DNA from: a plasmid
Length of the DNA: 59,422 nucleotides
Reading direction: 5' to 3' (one strand)
Sequence record: NZ_LC586269.1
Below are positions 44,023 through 53,226 of this stretch, in pieces (the stretch's first letter is position 1; every line of letters begins with the position of its first letter). Position numbers and translations under genes: made by a program. The notes below the pieces were generated by a model. That model was not told the origin of the DNA. It saw nothing but the letters and a program-made list of their open reading frames with translations, and ran no database searches.

Positions 44023-44530
44023 CCTTAATCAGTCCGCTTTAAAAAGAATCAGAAGAGGGGGTGTCGCTTCGCTCCACCCGATAATGCCTCGGCAAGCCGA
44101 GAGGCTATCTATATGCAGGGGTTCCCCCTGCAGAAAAGCAGGAAATGCCGCCCCGTCTTCGCGCTACGCGCGCGGGGTCCCCCAAGCGAGCCTGCCTCTT
44201 CCGTGGCAACGCTCGCTGGGCTAAAGGGATGAACATTCCTCGGAGTTCTGTCGGTACAGCAAGTGCTCCACTGCCGCTGCAGTGGTCACTCCCGCTGTGC
44301 GCACGGTCGCTACGCTCCTAGTAATCAGTGAAGGGGGTGGGGAGCGCTGGTTTCCCACTCTACGCGCCCCTACGGTGCCGACAGCGCCTGTCGTAAGGCC
44401 AGCCCATAGGGGCGGGGGCGGGAGTCTTCGTCTCCGCTGGTGGGGCCTTCCAGGGGCATTGCCGGCAATGCCCTGGTGATCCTGATCCTTTCCCTCTCCT
44501 GTTGTTCTGTGCCGCGCTCGCTGCGCGCCT

Positions 44531-44745
44531 TTTCGCACGCCCTTCAAGTTGGCCGGGCCCGGCCGACCGGCAAGGGGCGCTGCGCTGGAAATCCTCACCC
44601 GTTCCCCTCGCTGCGCTCGGCGCCTGCGGCTTCCGGTTTCCCCCTGGCCAGTCGCCCTCTTGGGCCAGGCCTCTCCGGGCTCACGGCGAAAAGATCACTC
44701 AGCGAAGCAAACACCACCACAGCAACATCACCAGGAGACCCCTGA
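44531..44745 (+). promoter_or_regulatory. Conserved ~215-bp leader, copy 1, upstream of the DUF3560 gene
   Basis: ~80% nucleotide identity to 47994..48212 but no shared reading frame, so conservation is at the DNA/RNA level. Confidence 0.55.
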
Positions 44746-45652
44746 CATGCATCACGAAGAGCAAAAGCAACAGCCAGAGCAAGAGCCGGCTCAAGAAGCA
44801 TCTAGCAAAGCAACCCGGGCAGGGCAGGAAGTGAGCCCCGAGCAAGTTGGCCGCGAGTTGAACTGGTACGAACAGAAGCTCGCCGATCGGAGGGAACGCC
44901 TCCAGGAACGTGCCGCGAAGATCTCAGACGAGAGTGGCGTGCTCTACCAGCGAGCGAAGACCATGGCCAGCGCTATCCCTTTCGGGCAACCGATCCTGGT
45001 AGGGCATCACAGTGAAGGTCGGGACCGTCGCTACCGCGACCGGATCCACAGCACTTACGGCAAGGCGTTCGCGTTGCAGGACAAGGCGAAGCATTACGAG
45101 CAGAAGGCCGCGGCCGTGGGGACCGGGGGAATCTCGAGCGACGACCCGGACGCCATCGAGAAGCTCCAGGCCGAGTTGCAGCAGCTGGAGGTGAACCAGC
45201 AATGCATGAAGGTCGCCAACCAGGTGATCCGGAAGCACAAGACCCTCGAGGCTCGACACGCCGCCTTGGTTGCGCAGGGTTTCAGCGAGAGCCTGGCCAG
45301 CCAGATCCTGACGCCCGACTGCTTCGGCGGCATCGGCTTCGCTTCCTACGCCCTGTCGAACAACAACGCCAATATCCGGCGGATACGTCAGCGCATCGAG
45401 GACCTGCAGAAGCGCCGGGAAGCCTCCGACGTGGAGGTTGAGGCGGATGGCTACACGTACCGGGAGGACGTCGATGAGAACCGGGTGATGTTCATCTTCC
45501 CGGGCAAGCCGGATGAGCCAACCCGGCAGTTGCTGCGACAGAACGCGTTCAAGTGGAGTCCACGCCGGGGCGCTTGGGTACGCCAGTTGAACAACGCCGG
45601 CCGTTGGGCTGCCCGCCAAGTCCGCAAGTCACTGGGCGAGGCCCTCGAATAG
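44746..45652 (+). CDS. DUF3560-like plasmid protein (start at MHHEEQKQQ)
   Basis: Motifs VGHHSEGRDRRYRDR ... FKWSPRRGAWVR; track ORF 44549.. over-extended into the leader. Confidence 0.55.
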
Positions 45653-45699
45653 CTACCGGCCATGCCCCGGCCCTTGCCGGGGCTTCGGTCTCAACTAGT

Positions 45700-45842
45700 C
45701 GCCGTCGCCGAGGCCTGATGGCGCGGATCAGTCCGGCGCGGCCGGCGAGCACCTGGTAGAGCAGTCGACCTCGATCACGCCCAGGGGATGGCCACCGACG
45801 TCGGCGGCGCCGAGCACCTGGTGCCGTGGATCCGTCCGGGGC
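45700..45842 (+). repeat. Composite repeat, locus D (1.3 tandem units only)
   Basis: Same 105-bp unit. Confidence 0.7.
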
Positions 45843-45876
45843 CTATCTACTCGACAAACGGTCGGATATTGATTTC

Positions 45877-45910
45877 ATAATAATAAGAATAATGCTATTC
45901 TTATTATTAT
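45877..45910. promoter_or_regulatory. AT-rich perfect inverted repeat ATAATAATAAGAATAA-TGC-TATTCTTATTATTAT: kfrA operator candidate
   Basis: 25 bp upstream of kfrA start. Confidence 0.5.
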
Positions 45911-45934
45911 CTTATCCCCACTTCCGGAGGGCTT

Positions 45935-47017
45935 ATGTCGGAACATGAAGGTAACGACCAGGTCGCAGACGTTCGGGCTCGTGTTTTCCGGGAGGCCGAT
46001 CGCCTCTATGAAGAACTGGGGCGTGAGCGCTTCCCGCAGGTGGAAGCGGTGCGCCGGGCTGCCCGGGCGGACATGAACACGGTCACACGGGTCATGAAAG
46101 AATGGCGGCATCTGCAAACCGCCAAACCTGAGCCGGTCCACCTGGAACTGCCGCCTGAACTGCACAGGGAGGCACTTACCCTGGGCTCCGCCTTGTGGAG
46201 TGCTGCCACGGAAATGGCCAATGCGAGCCTGCGAAAGGCCGAGGCAGACTGGGACCAGGAGAGGGCGGATGCTGAATCGACCCGGATAGAACTGTCGCAG
46301 TTGTACGAAGAGCAGCAAGGAGACCTGGAGCGGCTGCGCGAGGACAAACAGGCCTTACAGCAGGCGTTCGAGGAGCAGGTTCTAGTGATCGATGGGCTGC
46401 GCCAGAGTTTGGCCCAGCAGACGTCCCGCGCAGAGTCGGCCGAGGCCAGGACCGAGGAAATCACTCGCCGCGTCGAGGACCAGAAAATCGAGCTGCAACG
46501 CGCCCGGGACGAGTTGTCCGAGGTGCGGAACGAGCTGGTTTCGGCCCGTAAGATCCATCAGACCGAACTGGACCAGATCAAGGCTGTGGCCGCCCAGGAG
46601 ATCGACAAGGCCAAGGCGGAACTCGCTGAGGCGAAGGGCAGGGCGGAGGCCCAGCGCGACGATCTGGCAGCCCGTGTCGAGGACCTACAGCATCGTCTTG
46701 ATACGGCGATGAAGGACCTCTATCGCTTGCAGGCAGCAGAAGAGGCCGCGAGTGAACAGCGCAAGCGCGCTGCGACCGAGGCTCATGCTCAGGCGGAACG
46801 CTTCACCCGGGTACAGGGCGAACGTGACGCCGCCCGCAAAGAAGCCCAGGTGGCTGGACTACGAGCCGCGCGCGCCGAAGGTGAACTTGATAGTCTTCGG
46901 GAGAGCAACGCTCAGCTGCTAGACCGCCTCGGTAGCGCCGCAGTCCAACAGCCCGCGAAGATCAAGGCCAAGACGCCCCGCAAGCCCGCCAAGGGCGATT
47001 CCGAGAGCAAGGAGTAA
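45935..47017 (+). CDS. kfrA: KfrA-like protein (N-terminal DNA-binding domain plus long Ala/Glu-rich coiled coil)
   Basis: 360 aa. Confidence 0.7.
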   Translation: MSEHEGNDQVADVRARVFREADRLYEELGRERFPQVEAVRRAARADMNTVTRVMKEWRHLQTAKPEPVHLELPPELHREALTLGSALWSAATEMANASLRKAEADWDQERADAESTRIELSQLYEEQQGDLERLREDKQALQQAFEEQVLVIDGLRQSLAQQTSRAESAEARTEEITRRVEDQKIELQRARDELSEVRNELVSARKIHQTELDQIKAVAAQEIDKAKAELAEAKGRAEAQRDDLAARVEDLQHRLDTAMKDLYRLQAAEEAASEQRKRAATEAHAQAERFTRVQGERDAARKEAQVAGLRAARAEGELDSLRESNAQLLDRLGSAAVQQPAKIKAKTPRKPAKGDSESKE

Positions 47018-47021
47018 CGCT

Positions 47022-47438
47022 ATGAGCATTTCGAACAATGTTGTGTCGAGATCGATCCTGCAGGCTGCTCGCTTCATTGATGAGTGGCAGGAGGCTGATC
47101 TCGATCACCTGACCGAAAGCCAGATCCGAGCTGCTGTTGCATTCGCCGTCAGGCTTCACGAAGGCTTTCAAGAAAGCGTGCTACAGCGGCTCGTGAACGA
47201 GTCCTGTCACGACGAGTATCTCGAGTACAAAGGATGGGAGGAGGCGTTGCTCAATGCGGACGGTCGCGTTGCGAGCAATCCGTTTGCCGAGTTTGGTTGG
47301 TGGCATCGTATCGCTAACGTAATGCTGTCCACCGCTGACAACAACGTCGGCAGTTCCGGCGGTTCCTGGGGCGGTAACACTCATTATCGCCTCATGGATA
47401 TATTCAAAAGAAATTTCCAACAGTGGTATGAAGATTAA
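47022..47438 (+). CDS. Hypothetical protein (138 aa)
   Basis: ORF track. Confidence 0.4.
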   Translation: MSISNNVVSRSILQAARFIDEWQEADLDHLTESQIRAAVAFAVRLHEGFQESVLQRLVNESCHDEYLEYKGWEEALLNADGRVASNPFAEFGWWHRIANVMLSTADNNVGSSGGSWGGNTHYRLMDIFKRNFQQWYED

Positions 47439-47760
47439 TTGTAATATATTGCGGAGTTGTCCTGTGGATGTGAAAGTTGATTCGTATGTCGTCGATTTTG
47501 AATACAAGATTATTGCTGGAACCCAAGAGTATCTTGGAAAGAGTCGGGCGGCTTTCCCGGCTGCCGTAGTTCCAGTGAGTCTTTCCGACGAAGGAGCCCG
47601 CAAGAGGATCGCCGAAATCATTAATGGAAAGATGATCGAGATTCTGCCGCAAGTCATCGCTGATAATAATATTGACGTTGACTCTATCTCCGGCAGGGTC
47701 TCTTTTAATGTCGGAAACCTCAAGACCACACGGGTGAGCACCGTCGTTTCTTTGGGATAG
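47428..47760 (+). CDS. Hypothetical protein (110 aa), lower GC
   Basis: ORF track. Confidence 0.4.
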   Translation: MKINCNILRSCPVDVKVDSYVVDFEYKIIAGTQEYLGKSRAAFPAAVVPVSLSDEGARKRIAEIINGKMIEILPQVIADNNIDVDSISGRVSFNVGNLKTTRVSTVVSLG

Positions 47761-47993
47761 GTAGCCGAGGCCTGCGGCCCGGGCTGTCGTGCTACGCATC
47801 GAGCCGCCGGCGGCGTCTCGCCCCTTCGGGCTTCCATCCTTCCCTCCCTGCGGTCGGCTCTCGCTTCCGCTCCCACCAGGCTCTGCCTGGCACTCGCTGC
47901 GCGCTCCGCGCGCCCGGGCTTGCGCCCGCGTTGTCCCTTTCCAGCCCCTCCGGTGAGCGTCGCGGCCGAACTTCGGCGCTTCCCTGGATGCCC

Positions 47994-48212
47994 TTTCGCA
48001 CGCCCTAAACGTTGACCTGGCCCGGCCGGCCAGCAAGGGTCGCTGCGCTAGAAATCCTCACCCGTTCCCCTCGCTGCGCTCGGCGCATGCGGCTTCCGGT
48101 TTCTCCCCTTGCCGCCCGACCTCTACGGCCAGGCCCACTCCGGGCTCACGGCGAAAGGTCACTCAGCGAAGCAAGTTCAACCACCACAGCAACATCCCAG
48201 GAGAAAACCGAA
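47994..48212 (+). promoter_or_regulatory. Conserved leader, copy 2, upstream of the ParB-nuclease gene
   Basis: Paralogue of 44531..44745. Confidence 0.55.
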
Positions 48213-50186
48213 ATGAACAACAACACTCAGAAGCAACAGCAAAAGCCGGCTCAAGGAGCATCTAGCAAAGCAAGGGGGAAGGCCAAGAGCGCTGCCGCGT
48301 CGAAACTGCCGGGCGGGGTGTGGAAAGAGATTCCGCTCAAGAAGCTCCGTCTGTGGGCGAAGAACGTGCGGGTATCTGCCGCCAGTGCCGAGGCCGGGGA
48401 TGCCCTGGAAGCGAGCCTGCAATCCCAGGGGCTGCTCCAGAACCTCGTCGTCATCGAGGCCGAGGATGGTTTCTACGACGTTGCCGCCGGCGGTCGCCGC
48501 TTGGCGAAGCTGCATGCCCTGGTCGAGAAGAAGAAGCTCAGCGCCGACACCCTCATCATGTGCCAGATCGTGGACGAGAGCACCGGGCTTACTGCGAGCC
48601 TGTCCGAGAACGTCCAGCGCGAAGCCATGCACCCGGCCGACGAGTTCATCGCGTTCCAGGAACTGTCCAACGCCGGCATTCCTGTTGCTGATATCGCCGC
48701 AAGCTTCGGCGTCACCCCGGTGGTGGTGAAGCAACGCCTCAAGCTGGCCAACCTCTCCCCAAGGCTGATCCAGGCCTACCGCGATGGAGAGGCGAACATG
48801 GAGCAGTTGCAGGCCCTGGCCATCTGCGACAACCACGAAATTCAGGAAGCGGCATTCTTCGACGTACAGTCGTGGATGCGTCAACCCTACGAACTGCGCC
48901 GGGCGGTGACCAAGGGAGAAACCCTGGTGCGCCATGAACCCCTGGCGAGATTCGTCGGACTGGAAGCCTATGAGCAAGCCGGCGGCGCAGTACGCCGCGA
49001 CCTGTTCGGCAACGCGGAGGACTCCTACATCACGGACCTGCCGCTCCTCGACAAGCTCGCTATCGAGAAGCTGGAGCCTATCGCCGAGCCGATCCGGGCG
49101 GAGGGCTGGGGGTGGGTTGAAGTCATGCCCCGCTTCAACGCCTCAGAACTGTACAACTTCGGACGGATTCACCCTCTGCCCGTCGAGTTGACCCCGGAAC
49201 AACAGGCCGAGCGTGCCAGTCTCAAGGCCGCTCTCGATCAGTTGGAAACCGAGATCGAAAACGCCGTCGAGGCCGAGGATTTCGACACCATCGAGCGCCT
49301 GGAGCAGGAGCAAGGGGAAGCTGAAGATCGTCTCCACGCCCTGGAGAGCGGAGCGGTAAGGTCCTACGACCCGGAGGCGATGACCAAGGCGGGATGCATC
49401 ATCAGTGTTGGGCGCTCCGGAGACGTGGACGTCTGGCGTGCCCTGGTCAAGCCCGAAGACAGGGCTGCCGTCGAAGGGGCCGAGAACCAGGGGACGGACG
49501 GCCAGAGCACCGACGACGCACCGAAGGAAAAAACGGCGCGCCTGTCGGACCGCATGGGCCGCCAGTTGACCGCTCACAAGACCGCAGCCCTGCAAGTCGA
49601 ACTGGCCCGAAATTCAAAAGTGGCCCTGGTTGCAGTGGTCCACAAGCTGGCCATCCAGATCATCCACAGCGACCACTCCCCGCGCTTCGCCGTACCGGTC
49701 GGCGTCAGCGTCTCACAGCGCGGCGGCCTGACCGAATACGCTTCCGACCTCAAGGACTCGGCCGTCCTCCAGGCACTCGAAGACATGCGTGGGCAGTGGC
49801 GGGAGCGACTGCCGAGCGAACCCCGCGAACTGTTCGCCGCCCTCCTCGATCTGTCGATGGCTGACCTCAACGACCTGCTCGCCTTCTGCGTTGCCACCGG
49901 CGTCGACGTCGTGAGCGACAAGGGCACCGATGGCCAGAGCGGTGCGGACGTCCTGGCCCAAACCCTCGAACTGGATATGCGCAACTGGTGGAAGCCGACC
50001 GCCGACGCCTATTTCCGTGAGGTGCCCAAGGGGTTGACCCTGGAAGCCATGCAGACCATCGCACCGGCAGAAGTGGCCCGCCTCTCCACCCTCAAGAAGA
50101 ACGACCTGGCCAACGAGGCCGGACGCCTGGCCGAAGGGTCGAACTGGCTGCCGGCGATCCTCGCTAGCCACGAGCCGAAGGCGTAA
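48213..50186 (+). CDS. ParB/Srx-domain (ParB-like nuclease) protein, 657 aa, leading-region type
   Basis: ParB N-domain ...LLQNLVVIEAEDGFYDVAAGGRRLAKLHAL...; track ORF 48012.. over-extended. Confidence 0.7.
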   Translation: MNNNTQKQQQKPAQGASSKARGKAKSAAASKLPGGVWKEIPLKKLRLWAKNVRVSAASAEAGDALEASLQSQGLLQNLVVIEAEDGFYDVAAGGRRLAKLHALVEKKKLSADTLIMCQIVDESTGLTASLSENVQREAMHPADEFIAFQELSNAGIPVADIAASFGVTPVVVKQRLKLANLSPRLIQAYRDGEANMEQLQALAICDNHEIQEAAFFDVQSWMRQPYELRRAVTKGETLVRHEPLARFVGLEAYEQAGGAVRRDLFGNAEDSYITDLPLLDKLAIEKLEPIAEPIRAEGWGWVEVMPRFNASELYNFGRIHPLPVELTPEQQAERASLKAALDQLETEIENAVEAEDFDTIERLEQEQGEAEDRLHALESGAVRSYDPEAMTKAGCIISVGRSGDVDVWRALVKPEDRAAVEGAENQGTDGQSTDDAPKEKTARLSDRMGRQLTAHKTAALQVELARNSKVALVAVVHKLAIQIIHSDHSPRFAVPVGVSVSQRGGLTEYASDLKDSAVLQALEDMRGQWRERLPSEPRELFAALLDLSMADLNDLLAFCVATGVDVVSDKGTDGQSGADVLAQTLELDMRNWWKPTADAYFREVPKGLTLEAMQTIAPAEVARLSTLKKNDLANEAGRLAEGSNWLPAILASHEPKA

Positions 50187-50195
50187 GGGGGTCAC

Positions 50196-50540
50196 ATGAA
50201 AAAGCGTGGAGCGCCACTGATGTGGCGCTACTCGCTCCGTTGGTGCCTGCCGCATAGACCCTGCCCAGGCCGACGAGAGCTGATGGTCAAATACACCGTG
50301 CCCGGGGCGCCTATCCCCACCAAGATTCGCGAGTTATGGAAGGAGTACCAGGGCCAGGGATACGGCGTCTGCATCGACTTCCCCCCCTCCAAGGCCGTCC
50401 AGCGCTGGAGTGCTGAGCGCAAAGCCGAGGCTCGCCGGCGAAAGATGGTGAAGCGGATCGAGAAGACCGCCCCACTCTTCGCCCAGGAACTGATCGCCCG
50501 CGAGTTCCAGGAGCGAGGCGCCTACTTCAACGGCGAGTAG
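50196..50540 (+). CDS. Hypothetical protein (start uncertain)
   Basis: ORF track. Confidence 0.3.
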   Translation: MKKRGAPLMWRYSLRWCLPHRPCPGRRELMVKYTVPGAPIPTKIRELWKEYQGQGYGVCIDFPPSKAVQRWSAERKAEARRRKMVKRIEKTAPLFAQELIAREFQERGAYFNGE

Positions 50541-50696
50541 TCCCCCAGGCCCGCACCCGCGGGCCTTTTCTATGGCCGCGCGAGAGCCACGCCCTGCGCG
50601 GAACAAGCCCAACGTCGAACTTCGTTCGACTAGCCCTTGCCCCTTCGGGGTCGCTTACGCGATTCCTTGCCCTCCCCCAAACCGCTAGGTGCGATC

Positions 50697-51098
50697 GTCG
50701 AGCACCTGGTGCCGCGGATCCGTCCGGCACTGCCGGCGAGCAGCTGGTGGAGCCCGTCGACCTCGAGACGTCCTGCAGGTGGCCATCGGCGCCGGCGGCG
50801 CCGAGCACCTGGTGCGGTGGATCCGTCCGGTACGGCCGGCGCGCAGTTGGTGGAGCCCGCCGACCTCGAGACGTCCTGCAGGTGGCCATCAGCGCCGGCG
50901 TTTCCGGGTCAAGCGCCGCGCGCCCGGCTCGTCGGAACGGCTGCATCGTTCCGGCGAACGGACGCACGGGCAGAGCGCACGCTTGATCCCCCTCCCCTGG
51001 ACAGCCTCCGCCGGGGAGTGTGGGGCAGCTCTTCCGCCCCGCGCTCCCGAGCCCTCGGCGGCAAGAGCGGGATGACAAGGGCAGAGCCCTTGGTGTTA
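50697..51098 (+). repeat. Composite repeat, locus F: 2 tandem units, unique part and palindrome
   Basis: Matches loci B and C. Confidence 0.85.
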
Positions 51099-51188
51099 CC
51101 ATCCCCGAACCGCGCCAGGGGCAGGGATGGGAAGGATTCCCCAAGTGGCTCTGCCCTTTGGCGCCGGTCTTCTTAGGAGGGATAGCCG

Positions 51189-51539
51189 ATGATCTTCTTT
51201 CGCAACAAATCGCTGTTCCACGACGTTGAGCGCGAAATGTTGGCCACCATCAAAAAGCAGGCGGGCATGAACTACGTGCTGTATCGCCTTTTCGATATCG
51301 CGTCGAAGGTTGGCGCAGTGGGAGTCTTTACCCTGCTTCTATGTTGGATGCTGCTTGAATTCATCCTGCAGGGGTTCTTGGGGGCTGGCCCAACAATCAC
51401 AAAGCAGTATGGTGACCTGTTGGCACCCATTATCGTGGGGCTTGGAGTTCTCGGCGTCGTTGCCCAAATCTTCTATCAGGTCCAGCTCGACAAGCTGTTA
51501 CCCCTGGTGCGGGACGCAGCGCGCAGCGTCAGTCACTGA
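51189..51539 (+). CDS. Small membrane protein (116 aa)
   Basis: ORF track; hydrophobic segments. Confidence 0.4.
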   Translation: MIFFRNKSLFHDVEREMLATIKKQAGMNYVLYRLFDIASKVGAVGVFTLLLCWMLLEFILQGFLGAGPTITKQYGDLLAPIIVGLGVLGVVAQIFYQVQLDKLLPLVRDAARSVSH

Positions 51540-51551
51540 GCGCGTTCAAGA

Positions 51552-51578
51552 CAAAAAAGGCGCCTAGGCGCCTTTTTT
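51552..51578. terminator. Bidirectional rho-independent terminator A6-GGCGCCTAGGCGCC-T6
   Basis: Perfect palindrome flanked by A and T tracts. Confidence 0.7.
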
Positions 51579-51810
51579 GTTTCAGTAGGATGGGGCTCAG
51601 CCGCTGGCTTTCATGATGAAGCTCACCAGCCCAGCCCAGCCGCCTGGATACTTCTCGTCTGCAACGATCCGCACCAGGTCCTCGGCGAGCCCTTCCATTC
51701 CTTCTTTGCTGTTGCCGAATGTGCGGATGTACCGCTCGGCCAGATCGTTCAGTTCGTAGCGGAGATCCTGCAGCTCTTCGCGGTTGACTTCTTGCATGCG
51801 CGCCTTCCTC

Positions 51811-52431
51811 TCATTCCGGCGTTGCCTGGTTACGAATCTTGATGACCGTTGTCGGCGAGCACTGTGCCAGTCGAGCGGTGGCTCGAATACCTAGTCCAGC
51901 AGATAGGAGTTCGCGAACCCTCTTGTGCAGCTGCTGGTCAACGCCGCGGCCTCGGTAGGCCCCCGCCTCCTTGGCTTTACGAATCCCCTGTGCCTGGCGG
52001 GTTCGTCGCTGTTCGTAGTCCTTGCGGGCAATAGCCGCCATCATCTCGACCATCAGTTCGTTGATCGCAGCAAGCATGCGGCTGGTGAACTGGTCCCCTT
52101 GGGTTGGCTTCATTCCAAGGTGGCTGGTGGGCAGGTCCAGGGCGACGATTCGGAGCCCGATGGAGTCGATTGCCCCGCGCAGAGTCTTCCACTCCCCTTC
52201 TGGCAACCGAGTCAGGCGATCGATGCTCTCCACCAGCAGCACGTCTCCCTCCCTCGCGTCCTTGAGCAACCTCTTCAGCGCCGGTCGATCGGCCTTGGCG
52301 CCGCTCACGTTGTCGACATACTCCGCAGCGATGACCTTACCGTGCTCGAGGGCGAAAGAATCCAGTTCTGCCCTCGCCCGGGTTGCATCCTGTTCTGCGG
52401 TCGAAGCACGCAGATATGCTCGAACGAACAT
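51811..52431 (-). CDS. Serine recombinase (resolvase/invertase family), divergent from tnpR
   Basis: 206 aa; catalytic Ser in YLRASTAEQ. Confidence 0.8.
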   Translation of the reverse strand: MFVRAYLRASTAEQDATRARAELDSFALEHGKVIAAEYVDNVSGAKADRPALKRLLKDAREGDVLLVESIDRLTRLPEGEWKTLRGAIDSIGLRIVALDLPTSHLGMKPTQGDQFTSRMLAAINELMVEMMAAIARKDYEQRRTRQAQGIRKAKEAGAYRGRGVDQQLHKRVRELLSAGLGIRATARLAQCSPTTVIKIRNQATPE

Positions 52432-52479
52432 GTTGGTGTTCCATTATGAGTGTCCGCTAAAGTGTGTGCCATTTTAGGT

Positions 52480-52660
52480 GTTCACTTCAACGGAGGAGAG
52501 AATTTTCCCGACGTCCTAGGGTGTGCCTAGTGAGGTATACCCTAACTTGGCGTCAGACCATCCGGCGCTAAATCGTCAGAATAGAGTTGCCTTCCGAATT
52601 GATTGACATACGCCGTCAAGGGTCATAGATTTCTTCCTGACACATTTCCCTCAGGAGGAT
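52480..52660 (+). promoter_or_regulatory. res site region of the Tn21-family transposon (includes TTAGGGTATACC motifs and tnpR promoter)
   Basis: Position upstream of tnpR; related inverted relic at 12401-12485. Confidence 0.5.
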
Positions 52661-52663
52661 ACC

Positions 52664-53224
52664 TTGCACGGTCAGCGCATCGGTTACGTCCGCGTCAGCA
52701 GCTTCGACCAGAACCCAGAACGGCAGCTCGAACAGATCCAGGTGGATAAAGTGTTCACCGACAAGGCGTCGGGCAAGGACACACGGCGGCCCGAACTGGA
52801 ACGGCTGCTCGCCTTCGTGCGCGAAGGCGACACGGTCGTGGTGCACAGCATGGATCGTCTGGCGCGCAACCTCGACGACCTGCGCCGCCTGGTGCAGGGC
52901 CTCACCCAGCGCGGCGTACGCATCGAGTTCCTTAAGGAGCATTTGACCTTCACCGGCGAGGACTCGCCGATGGCGAACCTGATGCTGTCGGTAATGGGCG
53001 CGTTCGCCGAGTTCGAACGCGCCTTGATCCGCGAGCGGCAGCGCGAGGGCATCGCGCTCGCCAAGCAGCGCGGGGCCTACCGTGGCAGGAAGAAATCCCT
53101 GTCGTCTGAGCGTATTGCCGAACTGCGCCAACGTGTCGAGGCTGGCGAGCAAAAGACCAAGCTGGCTCGTGAATTCGGAATCAGTCGCGAAACCCTGTAT
53201 CAATACTTGAGAACGGATCAGTAA
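52664..53224 (+). CDS. tnpR: Tn21/Tn501-family resolvase TnpR
   Basis: 186 aa; very close to the recalled Tn21 TnpR. Confidence 0.95.
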   Translation: MHGQRIGYVRVSSFDQNPERQLEQIQVDKVFTDKASGKDTRRPELERLLAFVREGDTVVVHSMDRLARNLDDLRRLVQGLTQRGVRIEFLKEHLTFTGEDSPMANLMLSVMGAFAEFERALIRERQREGIALAKQRGAYRGRKKSLSSERIAELRQRVEAGEQKTKLAREFGISRETLYQYLRTDQ

Positions 53225-53226
53225 AT

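Noticed and set aside
44549-48212. Upstream in-frame extensions of the DUF3560 and ParB-nuclease ORFs (44549.. and 48012..) sharing a GRPAR.AALEILTRSPRCARR peptide
   Set aside because: Downstream of that peptide the two leaders are in different frames relative to each other while nucleotide identity persists, and good RBS sequences precede the internal ATGs (44746, 48213); the conserved part is interpreted as noncoding leader.
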